A stretch of DNA of 58,539 nt from Phycisphaerales bacterium (GCA_044377725.1 JBILYM010000001.1:1-58539), one strand, 5' to 3'. Shown: positions 45,435 to 54,748, numbered from the stretch's first letter. A program made the numbers and translations. Notes: generated by a model from the sequence alone, not told the origin.

Positions 45435-46679
45435 TCACCGCAACGCCACCGCCTCCGCATCATCAATCGCAACCGTTGAACCAACGTGTCCGATGTCCCA
45501 ATCGGAGGTCGATTCCACCAGCACCATCGGGGTGTTGTTCACAGTGATGCATTGCTCACCGGGCTGCGTGCTGCAACCGATCGCCAGGATCATGTGCGGC
45601 GTATTGCCGCTCATGCAGTAGACGAGCGCCAGCGGCGTGTCGATATCGATGCTGCGAATCAGCGTTGCCAGGAGCAGGCTCTTGGTATCGCAATCGCCAC
45701 CGTCGATGAGCGCCTCGGCGGGAGTGCGTAGGCCGCAGCGGGTTTTGCCGTCATCAACAAGATCATGGCGCTGATCATCGACTTTGTGATATGGAACAGC
45801 GTTTTGCACATAGCTAGTGAGCGCTTCGATACTTTGCCGAGCGGATGGCTGCATGCGCGGGTTGTTCCAGTAGGCATTGATGACGTCAATGGCAACGCCG
45901 CGCAGGGCGGGCGCCGATTGGTCAAGAATCCACTGGTGATCCGGGGCAATTCCATCGGCAGTGCACGTGATTCCGTGCTGCGTCAGTGTTTGCGTGACGG
46001 CTTGTTCAATGGCCGCAAGGGCGCCTGGAGTTTGGTGGTAGGTGATGGATTCCAGCGCCGCGGCGGGGAATCCAAAGTGGTGCTCCAGCGCATCGGCCCG
46101 TGCGATGTCGATCGCGGATGGGATGTGGAACGCGGTGGGCACGCATTCGGCGCGCATGTACTTGGTGTCCGCATCGCGTCGGACGATGCATGACTGGTCG
46201 TCGGTCCAATCGACGAAGGCGATGTTGCGGAAGCGAGCACGCGGCGCGGAGAACTCGTGCGGCGATTCGTACCAGGCGCGGAAGTTAGCGTTCTCTGGAA
46301 TGGCCAGAATGCTGGCGAGCACTGCAGCGATGTTGACTGCACTAGCGGCAGCGTTTGAGTCATTCGCAGTGGTGGTGTTCGCCGCGCCGGATGTCGAGGG
46401 TGCGGCGGGAACGGTTGGAACGTTCGGGGCGTTTGCCGGCGAATTCGTGTTCGGTGCAGTGGCGACGGCCGGATCAATCGCACGCGGCGCGCGGCGCGCC
46501 ATGGAACCCTTGCGCGTTGGGCGAGCGCGGGCGGGTGAACGAGCACCGCTCGGCGTAGACATCGGCGTGGAAAGCGCGGGACCGCCGGGCGCAGTGGCTG
46601 CGGGCGGAGCAGCGGCGAATGCCGGCTCGATGGTGATCACGGCGAGAAGGATGCCGGACGCGATGGTGGCGATACGCAT
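45435..46679 (-). CDS. Locus gene T: secreted protein with a transglutaminase/papain-like Cys-His domain (paralogous in motif pattern to S)
   Basis: Signal peptide MRIATIASGILLAVITIEPAFAA, followed by a Pro/Ala/Asn-rich region. DGGDCDTKSLLLATLIRS...GNTPHMILAIG...VLVESTS gives Cys330 (codon 45690-45692) and His362. Confidence 0.6.
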   Translation of the reverse strand: MRIATIASGILLAVITIEPAFAAAPPAATAPGGPALSTPMSTPSGARSPARARPTRKGSMARRAPRAIDPAVATAPNTNSPANAPNVPTVPAAPSTSGAANTTTANDSNAAASAVNIAAVLASILAIPENANFRAWYESPHEFSAPRARFRNIAFVDWTDDQSCIVRRDADTKYMRAECVPTAFHIPSAIDIARADALEHHFGFPAAALESITYHQTPGALAAIEQAVTQTLTQHGITCTADGIAPDHQWILDQSAPALRGVAIDVINAYWNNPRMQPSARQSIEALTSYVQNAVPYHKVDDQRHDLVDDGKTRCGLRTPAEALIDGGDCDTKSLLLATLIRSIDIDTPLALVYCMSGNTPHMILAIGCSTQPGEQCITVNNTPMVLVESTSDWDIGHVGSTVAIDDAEAVALR

Positions 46680-46934
46680 GGATGGAGTTTAGGGGCGTGG
46701 TGGGGTTGGGCAAAGGGCATTTCATGCATCTCAGGGCTGCAAACACGGTTTAGGGACGTGTTTCATCGGCATCAGCAATTGGAATGCTGGTTTCCAGTGG
46801 GGATGGCGGTACCTTGTGCACTACCGGTGTTGGAATCTTCACGAAACTGTTGAGAAGTCCTGGGAGACACTAATCATGAAGATCACCTCTGATCGTCTGC
46901 CGCTAGTGACTCGTTCGTAAACATTTAGGCGCCC

Positions 46935-47564
46935 ATGCTTCAATTCATCCATATCGTTACAACAACCATCGTGTCCCTTAGCCTTGTGGGCGCACCGGCT
47001 TCTGCGTCGCCTTCTGCACCCCCTGTACCCGATTGCGCGACGAAGGTTAAATTAGCGTCGAGTCAATTTGCTGAGTTGTGCGCTGCGCTCCAAGAGGCGC
47101 ATGGCGTGATCACGGAGTCCGTGATCGCGAGCGTTTGCGAAGAGGAATTGCGAACGAAGAAGTCGGAAGAGAAGGGCGGAACCGATTGGCGCTGCCAACC
47201 GGAGCTCGATAGCACCATCGATAAGTGCAAGAATCTCAAGCGTGAGCTGACGAAGTTGGTCCAACGAGTCGAGAACAAGTGGAGCGCAGCGCAAGGCACC
47301 GCGAAGGGCTGCGCTGAAGAGAAGTACCCATGGGATGGGCAACAAGCCGAAGTGGCTAGCGCGGTGAAGGCACTCAAGCCCGTGTTCAATGACGTCAATT
47401 CATCGAGAACTGCGTCAAAAAACAAGCTGGCAAAGTTGTGGTCGAATGTCCAGGACTATGCGGGGAAGCTCCCCAAATGCCTGCCTGCCGTCAAGGCGAT
47501 TGATTTGATGCCCGCCACGGTCAACGTTCCCTGCATTTCGAAGTCCGTGACTATTCATGGTTGA
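46935..47564 (+). CDS. Hypothetical exported Cys- and Lys-rich protein
   Basis: Signal-like N-terminus IVTTTIVSLSLVGAPASA, followed by a charged helical body with several Cys residues. No recognisable family. Confidence 0.5.
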   Translation: MLQFIHIVTTTIVSLSLVGAPASASPSAPPVPDCATKVKLASSQFAELCAALQEAHGVITESVIASVCEEELRTKKSEEKGGTDWRCQPELDSTIDKCKNLKRELTKLVQRVENKWSAAQGTAKGCAEEKYPWDGQQAEVASAVKALKPVFNDVNSSRTASKNKLAKLWSNVQDYAGKLPKCLPAVKAIDLMPATVNVPCISKSVTIHG

Positions 47565-47619
47565 CCGCGCTGGATTCTGACATCGCGCATCCGGCCCGCA
47601 TTTCTGCTCGACTATTGCC

Positions 47620-49086
47620 ATGACCTCGCCGACAGCGCCCTCCAGCGCCCTCGCTTCCGTGTTACTTACAGCGCCCGCCACTCCTGCCCACCGCCGGGGC
47701 TATCAGCATCTGCCGACGCATCGGCACTGGAGCATTCAGCCGCCGATGATTGGTGCGATTGCTGATGTGATCGCCATCGTCCTGTACTCGGTGTGGATTC
47801 TCGCTGAACACCCAGAAGAGAAATGGCGGCTCGTCTATCGACTTGGTCGCCTCTTAACACTCAACGAGGATCCGCTTGGTGCGGTAGCAGGCTCCGTCGC
47901 CAGTTTCATGGACTGGATGCCGATCGCCGCGCAGGTGTTGGCCACCATTGCCGCCATCATGTTTGCGTTCGAACTCTTTCGGTTGCTTGCAGGTGGTGCG
48001 TACGACCGCTTGCGCACCACGATTCGTAGCCACCTCTGGCCCAGTCGTCGCCGGGTGATTCTGATTGGCGATGGCCGCGCCGCGCATTGGATTGCGGACG
48101 ACATTCTGGCGTACCACGCGTCCATCGGTCGCGGCGTGCTTCTCACGCATCTGCGCACGGAGCGATCGCCGAGCACGCTCATTCATCCGCTCGGCGCGTT
48201 GATGGTGCTGCAGGTGCACGCCATTACGCAACGATGCCTCCGACAGGCCGATATTGCTCACACCGATGATGTGGTGATCGTGGGCGATGGTGATTCGCGC
48301 AACTTGGAGGCGTTGGTGCGCTGCTCGGAAGCACTGCATGCCACCCCTTCGCGGCGAACCACGGTGCACGTTCGCATTGATTCACCGGAATGCGCTGAGC
48401 AACTCAATCACGCGGTGGAGAACAGCGACCGATGGCGTCACTACTGCCTAGATGTTCGCGTCTTTTGCCCCGATGAAATGGCCGCTCGCCAAGCGCTGGC
48501 TGTGTGGTCAGGCACCGTGCCTGCCGCGCCGCAACAACTTGAAGAAGTACTGATGGTTGGCCTTGGCGAATCCGCGGCAGCATTCTTAGCGATGCTCGCT
48601 GTGGCCACTGCACCGACTGCATCCGCTCCCGCCAAGCCGCGTCGCGTGAACCTCATGGACATGCACCCGGAGCGCGCGTGGGCGCGGGTCAAGGCAAACT
48701 TTCCGCAAGCGTGCGCGCAGTTTGATCCGCACCTCATTCATGAGAGTGCAGAGTCGGATGCACTCGGTACTGCTTTGCATGGCATGGTTGCCCGCACCAC
48801 CGGCAATCTCTTGATTAGCGTTTCTGTTGGTGATGTTGACGGCAACCTTTCCATTGCGCTTCGGCTTGCTGCGATGGTGCGCGCATTGCCGCCATCAAGT
48901 CGGCGCATCACGATCTTTGTCAGGCAATCGCTTGCCGTGAACCTTGGTTCGCTGTTGGTGCGAAACGCCAATCCACTGAACACCGCCCCTGAAATGCGCG
49001 TGTGGGGTGGCCTGGAAGACAGCTTCCCGGTGGATCTCTTACCGTGGGAGGGCGGGGCTGCGGATGGAAGAAGGGCCGTTCGCTGA
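47620..49086 (+). CDS. Membrane protein with two Rossmann-like (TrkA-N/RCK-like?) cytoplasmic domains
   Basis: Two N-terminal hydrophobic helices are followed by RRRVILIGDGRAAHWIADDI and DVVIVGDGDSRNLEALV beta-alpha-beta starts. No K+ selectivity filter (GYG) is present. The start is uncertain; the internal MIGAIADV at 47746 is possible. Confidence 0.45.
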   Translation: MTSPTAPSSALASVLLTAPATPAHRRGYQHLPTHRHWSIQPPMIGAIADVIAIVLYSVWILAEHPEEKWRLVYRLGRLLTLNEDPLGAVAGSVASFMDWMPIAAQVLATIAAIMFAFELFRLLAGGAYDRLRTTIRSHLWPSRRRVILIGDGRAAHWIADDILAYHASIGRGVLLTHLRTERSPSTLIHPLGALMVLQVHAITQRCLRQADIAHTDDVVIVGDGDSRNLEALVRCSEALHATPSRRTTVHVRIDSPECAEQLNHAVENSDRWRHYCLDVRVFCPDEMAARQALAVWSGTVPAAPQQLEEVLMVGLGESAAAFLAMLAVATAPTASAPAKPRRVNLMDMHPERAWARVKANFPQACAQFDPHLIHESAESDALGTALHGMVARTTGNLLISVSVGDVDGNLSIALRLAAMVRALPPSSRRITIFVRQSLAVNLGSLLVRNANPLNTAPEMRVWGGLEDSFPVDLLPWEGGAADGRRAVR

Positions 49087-51837
49087 CGCAGTTGGAGTGC
49101 TGGTGACCCAGATGTTTCGGAAACGAACCGGGCCCTCTGCATCGCTCGGATGACTCTGCAGCAAGATGCGCGCTGGTCCCGGCGCTTCCGTGCCGCTGAG
49201 TCCGGTCTTGTCCTTCACCTCAACATCATCCTGCACCAGTACACCGTTCCACACCACGGTCATGCGTGCGTTTTTCAACTTGCGCGGATTGGTTTTTGCT
49301 GAAAGCGCTCTGCCCGGACTATTGGAATCACTGGCATCGTTCGCGTTGGTTTCCCACCGCGGCGCCGTGAACCAAATGTCATAACTCTGCCACGTGCCCG
49401 CGCCGGTACTTGCATTCACGTCGGGAGCGGTCTGTCGATAAATGCTGCCGGACTCATTGAAGCGCGGAGGCTCAGGTGCCTGCGCGCTGTTCATGATTTG
49501 CACCTCGTAGCGCTCCATCAACTTGATGCCACTGTTGCCGTTGCGTTGACCGTCCTGCACGTTGCCACCCGCTGGACTCAGCCACTCCACGTGCACAAAG
49601 CAATCCTCGAACGTGGCACGCGAAACGATGTCAAACTCGCCAATGCCATCTTTTGGGGTGTGCACTGCGAGTGAACCATCCGGCTCAATCTTCCAATCGC
49701 ACGGCGCTCCGTCCTTTGCCATCTGCAGGGCGTTGGCATGTGATGATGCATCGTCGTAGAGCCACTGCGCATCCGCGGTTGGAACGGGCGAACCAATAAA
49801 GCGTTCGAATGAAATGTCTTTCTTGGAAATGGCGTTGAGCGTGTACCAGGTGTTGGTGCTCCAGGGCTCGGTGCCGTCAGCGGCTTTCATATCCTTGAGC
49901 GTGATGGCGTAGACACGACCGGGTGCGAGATCTGCAATTTCCAGTTGTGTTTGGCGGAAATCAGGTGATGCAGTAGCGCGCGTCACTTGGTGTGCATGCA
50001 CATCAACCTTTGGTCCGCCGTACTGCTCGGTTGGTTCGTATCGCCAGCTTTTCACTTCGTAATGTGCGGGGTCTGCAAGCATCGCAGCATCGACTGGCTT
50101 GGTGAACGTGATCATGAATCCTTTGGGCGCACTCTGCACGCGCAGCATTTCAAAGGCCGCAGCGCGTGCAGCGTCCGGGCCCGTATGGGGGTCCCACGCG
50201 GGAGCAAGCCGCTCAAGTCCAAAGGTGTGTCCTTGGTGATTCCAATTTCCGTTGCTACCAACGCCACCCAAGTACAGGGCGCCGTCTTGAGGGCCCCACG
50301 CCATGCGGTTGACGCCCGCTTCAATGCCCTGACTCATGGGGAACACGGCGCCTTGGTATCGCGCGATTCCATCGGAGCCCGTGATGCGTTCTGCATAGAC
50401 GCGTGTCACTCCGCCGTAGGTGACATCGCCCACATACATCTGGCCGCGATGCGGTCCGTCATGCACCAGCACGGGTTCGCTGGGCGAATTTCCAATCTCG
50501 CCGTGCGGGAACCACACCACCGGCGGCTCGGCGGTTTCCGTACCGATGCGGGTTTCCTGGTGACCGTAGAAGGGCAGCGGCTGATCGCGTGAACTGCGTA
50601 TTTCCAGGTGATTCATGCGACTGGCGGGCATCCAGCTGCCCTGGTTGTCACACACAAAGAGATCGCCAGCAATGCCGCGACCCATGCCGTTGGGCGTGCG
50701 AAATCCACGCGCTTCGCGCTGCAGGTCACCGCCATTGCGCGCGATGCTCCACACGCTGCCCGGACCATTCGGCGTGGTGAAGTCACCATCCGTTCCGGGT
50801 ACGTAATTGGTGAGACCGCCGCGCAATGGAACGCTCGTACTGAACCACAGGCGATCCTTGTAGGGCACCATGTTGAACGTGAACTCGTGGTAGTTGGCAC
50901 TCTGCGGCCATCCGCTTGCTAGACACTCATAGCGATCGGCGTGGTCGTAGATACCGTCGGCACTGGTGTCGACTAAACGCGTGATCTCGCCGCGCTGCGT
51001 GACGACCAGCGCGCCGTTGACCCATGCAAGACCGAGTGGCTCGGAAAGACCCTCAGCCAGAAGCGTTGGTTGTGCGGCGTTCAAGTGTGAAAGTAACCAC
51101 ACTTTGCCATCGTGCTGCCACTCGGCAAGAGCCAAGCGCCCATCGGGCAAGAAGCACAAGGCGCCCACTTGCGGCTTGAAATCAGGTGTTCGAACCTTCT
51201 CCAAGCGGTACGCCGGATGTGCGGCCGCAAGCGCCGTGCCATCCCCGGGGCGCCGGGCATCGCCAGCGAATCGCCAGCGCTTCATGCCGGGAGAAGTAGC
51301 AAATGTTTGTCCAGCTTCGGTGCGGAGATTGTCAGTAGGGATGTTCGTATAGCCAACCGCACCTGGCACGCTCCACTGCAAACTCACCAGGAATTTCCCG
51401 GCGTCTTCATAGAACGGAATGCGAATCTCATGCAGTCCGGCGGTGAGGTCGAGTCCATCTTCGCCAACGAATCCGGCGAGACGTTCGGTGTCATAGAGCT
51501 CGCGTCCGTCGATCAGGAGACGCGCGCCGTCATCACCGACGAGTCGAAACATGTGGCGACCGGCGGTATCAATCTTGATCCATCCGCGCAGTTCGCCCGC
51601 GAAGTGATCGACGAGTGGACCGTCGTCAGCGGCGATTGGGTCGCGGATGGCGGCAACGCTGCCGACAACCTTGTAAGCGTTGGGAGTCTGGCCATCATCC
51701 ACGTGCGGCCAGCGCGGGAGATCGCCTTCCAGTCGCCACGCCCAGAGTGTGAGGCCCGGGATGGTGTTTGTAGGCGGCTCGCTTTGCGCGCGTGCCATGG
51801 TGGTGCACAACATGAGTGAAACCGCGATTGCGCGCAT
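49039..51837 (-). CDS. Secreted PA14 - beta-propeller - DUF1080 (3-keto-disaccharide hydrolase-like) multidomain protein
   Basis: Signal peptide MRAIAVSLMLCTTMARAQS. The PA14-like segment is GELRGWIKIDTAGRHMFRLVGDDGARLLIDGRELYD. The C-terminal DUF1080 pattern is GNSGIKLMERYEVQIMNS...WQSYDIWFTAPRW...VVWNGVLVQDDVEV...ILLQSH...VRFRNIWV. Confidence 0.7.
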   Translation of the reverse strand: MRAIAVSLMLCTTMARAQSEPPTNTIPGLTLWAWRLEGDLPRWPHVDDGQTPNAYKVVGSVAAIRDPIAADDGPLVDHFAGELRGWIKIDTAGRHMFRLVGDDGARLLIDGRELYDTERLAGFVGEDGLDLTAGLHEIRIPFYEDAGKFLVSLQWSVPGAVGYTNIPTDNLRTEAGQTFATSPGMKRWRFAGDARRPGDGTALAAAHPAYRLEKVRTPDFKPQVGALCFLPDGRLALAEWQHDGKVWLLSHLNAAQPTLLAEGLSEPLGLAWVNGALVVTQRGEITRLVDTSADGIYDHADRYECLASGWPQSANYHEFTFNMVPYKDRLWFSTSVPLRGGLTNYVPGTDGDFTTPNGPGSVWSIARNGGDLQREARGFRTPNGMGRGIAGDLFVCDNQGSWMPASRMNHLEIRSSRDQPLPFYGHQETRIGTETAEPPVVWFPHGEIGNSPSEPVLVHDGPHRGQMYVGDVTYGGVTRVYAERITGSDGIARYQGAVFPMSQGIEAGVNRMAWGPQDGALYLGGVGSNGNWNHQGHTFGLERLAPAWDPHTGPDAARAAAFEMLRVQSAPKGFMITFTKPVDAAMLADPAHYEVKSWRYEPTEQYGGPKVDVHAHQVTRATASPDFRQTQLEIADLAPGRVYAITLKDMKAADGTEPWSTNTWYTLNAISKKDISFERFIGSPVPTADAQWLYDDASSHANALQMAKDGAPCDWKIEPDGSLAVHTPKDGIGEFDIVSRATFEDCFVHVEWLSPAGGNVQDGQRNGNSGIKLMERYEVQIMNSAQAPEPPRFNESGSIYRQTAPDVNASTGAGTWQSYDIWFTAPRWETNANDASDSNSPGRALSAKTNPRKLKNARMTVVWNGVLVQDDVEVKDKTGLSGTEAPGPARILLQSHPSDAEGPVRFRNIWVTSTPTASANGPSSIRSPALPR

Positions 51838-52739
51838 CACTTCTCGTCTCCATCTTCAACGCCAATTTCTGCAATCGCGCGCGTTTCGCTCAGCGTCGTA
51901 AACCAGATGTAATCCTCTGGAATACCGCTCGTTTCAATGCGCACGCCTTTACCTTTTGCGGTCACTCGCTGCGACGCCTCGACGCGCGTTCCATCCTTTG
52001 AAACGAGGTCAAAGCGCAACAGCACTGCATCGGGAGTGAGTTCGTATCCCTTCCAATTCACTGTGAGTGCGTAGCCGTCGCCGTCTATCCACGTGACTTC
52101 TTCGCCTTCGAGTCGCATGGCGCGTAGAGGCTTTGGCGAGGTCCCCGTATTTGTCCATTCAATGGATGCCGGGCGCGCGGGCCCATTCATGATCTTGAAG
52201 TTCCACTGCCACTCCAAATCACTCGTGACGTGCGTGCAACTTTGAAAGTGCAATCGCTCGCGACCGTCATTCTCAACAGCGCGCACAGTCACCGGCATGC
52301 GTCCCTGTTCATCGAACGCAATGAGCAGTGCATGCCAAAGTGGCATACGCGCGCCGCTCGCAGATTTCATGGAAATCGTTTGTCCTGGTTGCAGGACTGC
52401 ATCAGGAGCAGTCGCCACGGGCTGCGTTCGGTCACGCAGAATTTCACCGCGCGGACGCGATGTGTCCTGGCTGAAATCATGCACCTTCCCGCGCCACTCC
52501 ACATCGCCGCGCCAGATGACGTCATACGAAGCAGTGCGCGGATTGAACGCGCACCACACACCGTTTCCAATATCAATAAGCACCATGGCTGCACGGTCAC
52601 GAAACGCTCCGCGGTGCACGCGCGGCGCGGCGAGCGGCGTTGCGGCTACTTGCGGCGCGATCCCTGGTGTTGCAATGTGCGCGCTCGTCAGCGTCAGTAC
52701 CGCCAGCGAGGCAAATGTGGTGAGTATCGCGCTTTGCAT
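51837..52739 (-). CDS. Hypothetical secreted protein
   Basis: Signal peptide MQSAILTTFASLAVLTLTSAHIA. Its stop codon overlaps the start of the downstream PA14 gene (TGATG). No recognisable family. Confidence 0.5.
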   Translation of the reverse strand: MQSAILTTFASLAVLTLTSAHIATPGIAPQVAATPLAAPRVHRGAFRDRAAMVLIDIGNGVWCAFNPRTASYDVIWRGDVEWRGKVHDFSQDTSRPRGEILRDRTQPVATAPDAVLQPGQTISMKSASGARMPLWHALLIAFDEQGRMPVTVRAVENDGRERLHFQSCTHVTSDLEWQWNFKIMNGPARPASIEWTNTGTSPKPLRAMRLEGEEVTWIDGDGYALTVNWKGYELTPDAVLLRFDLVSKDGTRVEASQRVTAKGKGVRIETSGIPEDYIWFTTLSETRAIAEIGVEDGDEK

Positions 52740-52771
52740 GCCCGGCGTACTTTATAGGCGGAGCCAATCAC

Positions 52772-53095
52772 ATGGAACGAGTCTGCTTTCGACTGAAACT
52801 TCGCCCGGACCTGCTTGATGAGTATGTGGCTCGTCATCAAGCGGTATGGCCCGAGATGCTTGCAGCGCTTTCCGCTACCGGGTGGCACAACTATTCATTG
52901 TTCCTTGATCGCGCAGACTGCACGTTGGTTGGTTACTTTGAGACCCCCAATCTGCAGACCGCGCTCGATGCAATGGCTGCCACCGAAGTCAACGCCCGTT
53001 GGCAAGGCGAAATGAAGAAGTACTTCGTGGAGCTTGATGGTCGCCAGCCCGATGAAGGATTCGTGCAACTTGAGCGTGTGATGTATTTGCCGTGA
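52772..53095 (+). CDS. rhaM: L-rhamnose mutarotase
   Basis: 107-aa protein with FRLKLRPDLLDEYVARHQAVWPEMLAALSATGWHNYSLFL...LVGYFE...WQGEMKKYF, which matches RhaM family length and motifs. Confidence 0.85.
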   Translation: MERVCFRLKLRPDLLDEYVARHQAVWPEMLAALSATGWHNYSLFLDRADCTLVGYFETPNLQTALDAMAATEVNARWQGEMKKYFVELDGRQPDEGFVQLERVMYLP

Positions 53096-54357
53096 ATCAA
53101 CAGTCCAACACTTATTCCACCATCGTCATCGGCGTCGGCACCATGGGCTCGGCGGCGTGCATGCATCTGGCGTCGCGCGGAGAACGGGTCTTGGGCATCG
53201 ATCGATTTTCGGTGCCGCACAATCTCGGCAGTCATCACGGTGGCAGCCGCATCATTCGCGATTGCTACTTCGAGTTGCCTGACTATGTCCCACTTCTTTT
53301 ACGCACGCGCGCGGGGTGGGAAGCACTGGAACGCGAATCGATCAAGTTCGGCGCGGACGCAACATTTCCGCTCGTGCATCGCCCCGGCGTCCTGTACATG
53401 GGGGCGCCCGGTAGCGAAGTGGTTGGACGTTCACACGCTTCCGGCGCTGGACACGGTGTTCCATGCGAGCCGCTCGACGCACGTGCTGCGCGTGCGCGTT
53501 TCCCGCAGTTCAACATTCCTGATGATTGGTCAGCGCTCTTTGAACCGGGCTCTGGATTCGTTCGCCCAGAACGCGCAGTCGCCGCCGCTGTCCGCGTCGC
53601 GCGCGCGCACGGCGCAGATATCCATGAGGGCGAGCGCGTCATTGAATGGTCTGAAACAGCCAATGGAGTGCAGGTCCGCACCGATCGTGGCACCTACGAA
53701 GCTGGTTCGCTCATCATCACCGCAGGTGCATGGACGCCGAGTCTGGCGCGCACGCTTGGCGTCACACTCACGCCGCTGCGCGTGCCGATCGTGTGGCTCG
53801 CGCCGTGTGATGCGGCACTCTGCGCATCGCCGCGGATGCCTGTGTGGTACATCGATCGATCCATCGCGCAGGGCGAACAGGCAACGCAGGCACAACACGC
53901 CAACAGCGTTGCCCCGGTCGGCGAATCACTTTCTGCCACCGACATCAAACCAGTTGGCCACACGCTCCCCGGTATCTACGGAATCCCAACAGCCCCCGGC
54001 CAAGACGCGCCCGGCGGTGTAAAGATCGCGCTGCACGGAGCTGGAACACCATGCGACCCAGACGCGCCGCGCGTGCCTGCCACTCTTGACGAAATCGAAG
54101 AGATCCGAAGCATCACCCGCGAGTTCATCCCCGCCGCCGCTGGCCCCGCATTGGCGAGTGCCATCTGTCTGTACACCAACAGCCCCGACCAGCATTTCAT
54201 CGTGGATCTCATGCCCGGCTGCGCGCGCACATGGATCGCGTGTGGATTCAGTGGTCACGGATTCAAATTCATGCCAGTACTGGGCGAAGCGCTCGCGGAT
54301 CTTGCCATCGACGGATCGACGCAGTTGCCGATTGGATTCCTCGCGCGGCGCGCGTAA
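53092..54357 (+). CDS. FAD-dependent oxidoreductase of the monomeric sarcosine oxidase / N-methyltryptophan oxidase family
   Basis: GTGA overlap with rhaM. The dinucleotide-binding motif is IVIGVGTMGSAACMHLASRGERVLGIDRF, and the C-terminus has GFSGHGFKFMPVLGEALADL. Confidence 0.75.
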   Translation: MNQQSNTYSTIVIGVGTMGSAACMHLASRGERVLGIDRFSVPHNLGSHHGGSRIIRDCYFELPDYVPLLLRTRAGWEALERESIKFGADATFPLVHRPGVLYMGAPGSEVVGRSHASGAGHGVPCEPLDARAARARFPQFNIPDDWSALFEPGSGFVRPERAVAAAVRVARAHGADIHEGERVIEWSETANGVQVRTDRGTYEAGSLIITAGAWTPSLARTLGVTLTPLRVPIVWLAPCDAALCASPRMPVWYIDRSIAQGEQATQAQHANSVAPVGESLSATDIKPVGHTLPGIYGIPTAPGQDAPGGVKIALHGAGTPCDPDAPRVPATLDEIEEIRSITREFIPAAAGPALASAICLYTNSPDQHFIVDLMPGCARTWIACGFSGHGFKFMPVLGEALADLAIDGSTQLPIGFLARRA

Positions 54358-54421
54358 GCGGCGTGCCGTCCTCCCAGGACCGGTGCACGACCACGCTTCG
54401 CAATCGTTACGATTCCTGCTC

Positions 54422-54667
54422 GTGAAACACTTTCTTTCGAGCGTAGTGAATGCGGGACTCGTGACGATTTTCACCAGTGGCACAATGACGCTCATCAATG
54501 CACCGCACTTTGCATTTCTGGCATGGTTGCTTAACTGGCTCGTCAGTTGGAGCATTGTGTTTACCTACGTGTTTTTCTTTGCACCTCGGGTTTCACGAGC
54601 GATTCATGGGACGCGCCGTCATGCAGATGCCGCGCACGGGCACACTCAGGCGCCACCGTCTACATAG
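54422..54667 (+). CDS. DUF2798-like small membrane protein
   Basis: From an in-frame GTG at 54422, VKHFLSSVVNAGLVTIFTSGTMTLINAPHFAFLAWLLNWLVSWSIVFTYVFFFAPRVSRAI resembles DUF2798. The upstream part of the 54086 ORF overlaps the oxidase gene and is rejected. Confidence 0.45.
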   Translation: MKHFLSSVVNAGLVTIFTSGTMTLINAPHFAFLAWLLNWLVSWSIVFTYVFFFAPRVSRAIHGTRRHADAAHGHTQAPPST

Positions 54668-54748
54668 GTGCCATTCACCACTGTCCCCATTTATCGTGGA
54701 AATTAGGGACAGTGTTGAACGACACTTATTTCCTAGAATGGTGGGTCT

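Noticed and set aside
46876-46920. 14-codon mini-ORF (MKITSDRLPLVTRS) upstream of the 46935 gene
   Set aside because: It is too short to support and has no leader-peptide or attenuator structure that I could see.
7800-47600. Possibility that the large locus is a mobile genomic island, prophage or ICE
   Set aside because: I found no integrase, transposase, tRNA attachment site, flanking direct repeats or phage structural genes. Mobility cannot be excluded without comparative genomics, but nothing in the sequence supports it.
53240-54022. 260-aa plus-strand ORF in an alternative frame
   Set aside because: It lies entirely inside the MSOX-like oxidase gene, which has clear FAD-binding motifs. 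Its composition is Arg/Ser-rich and it carries no motifs.
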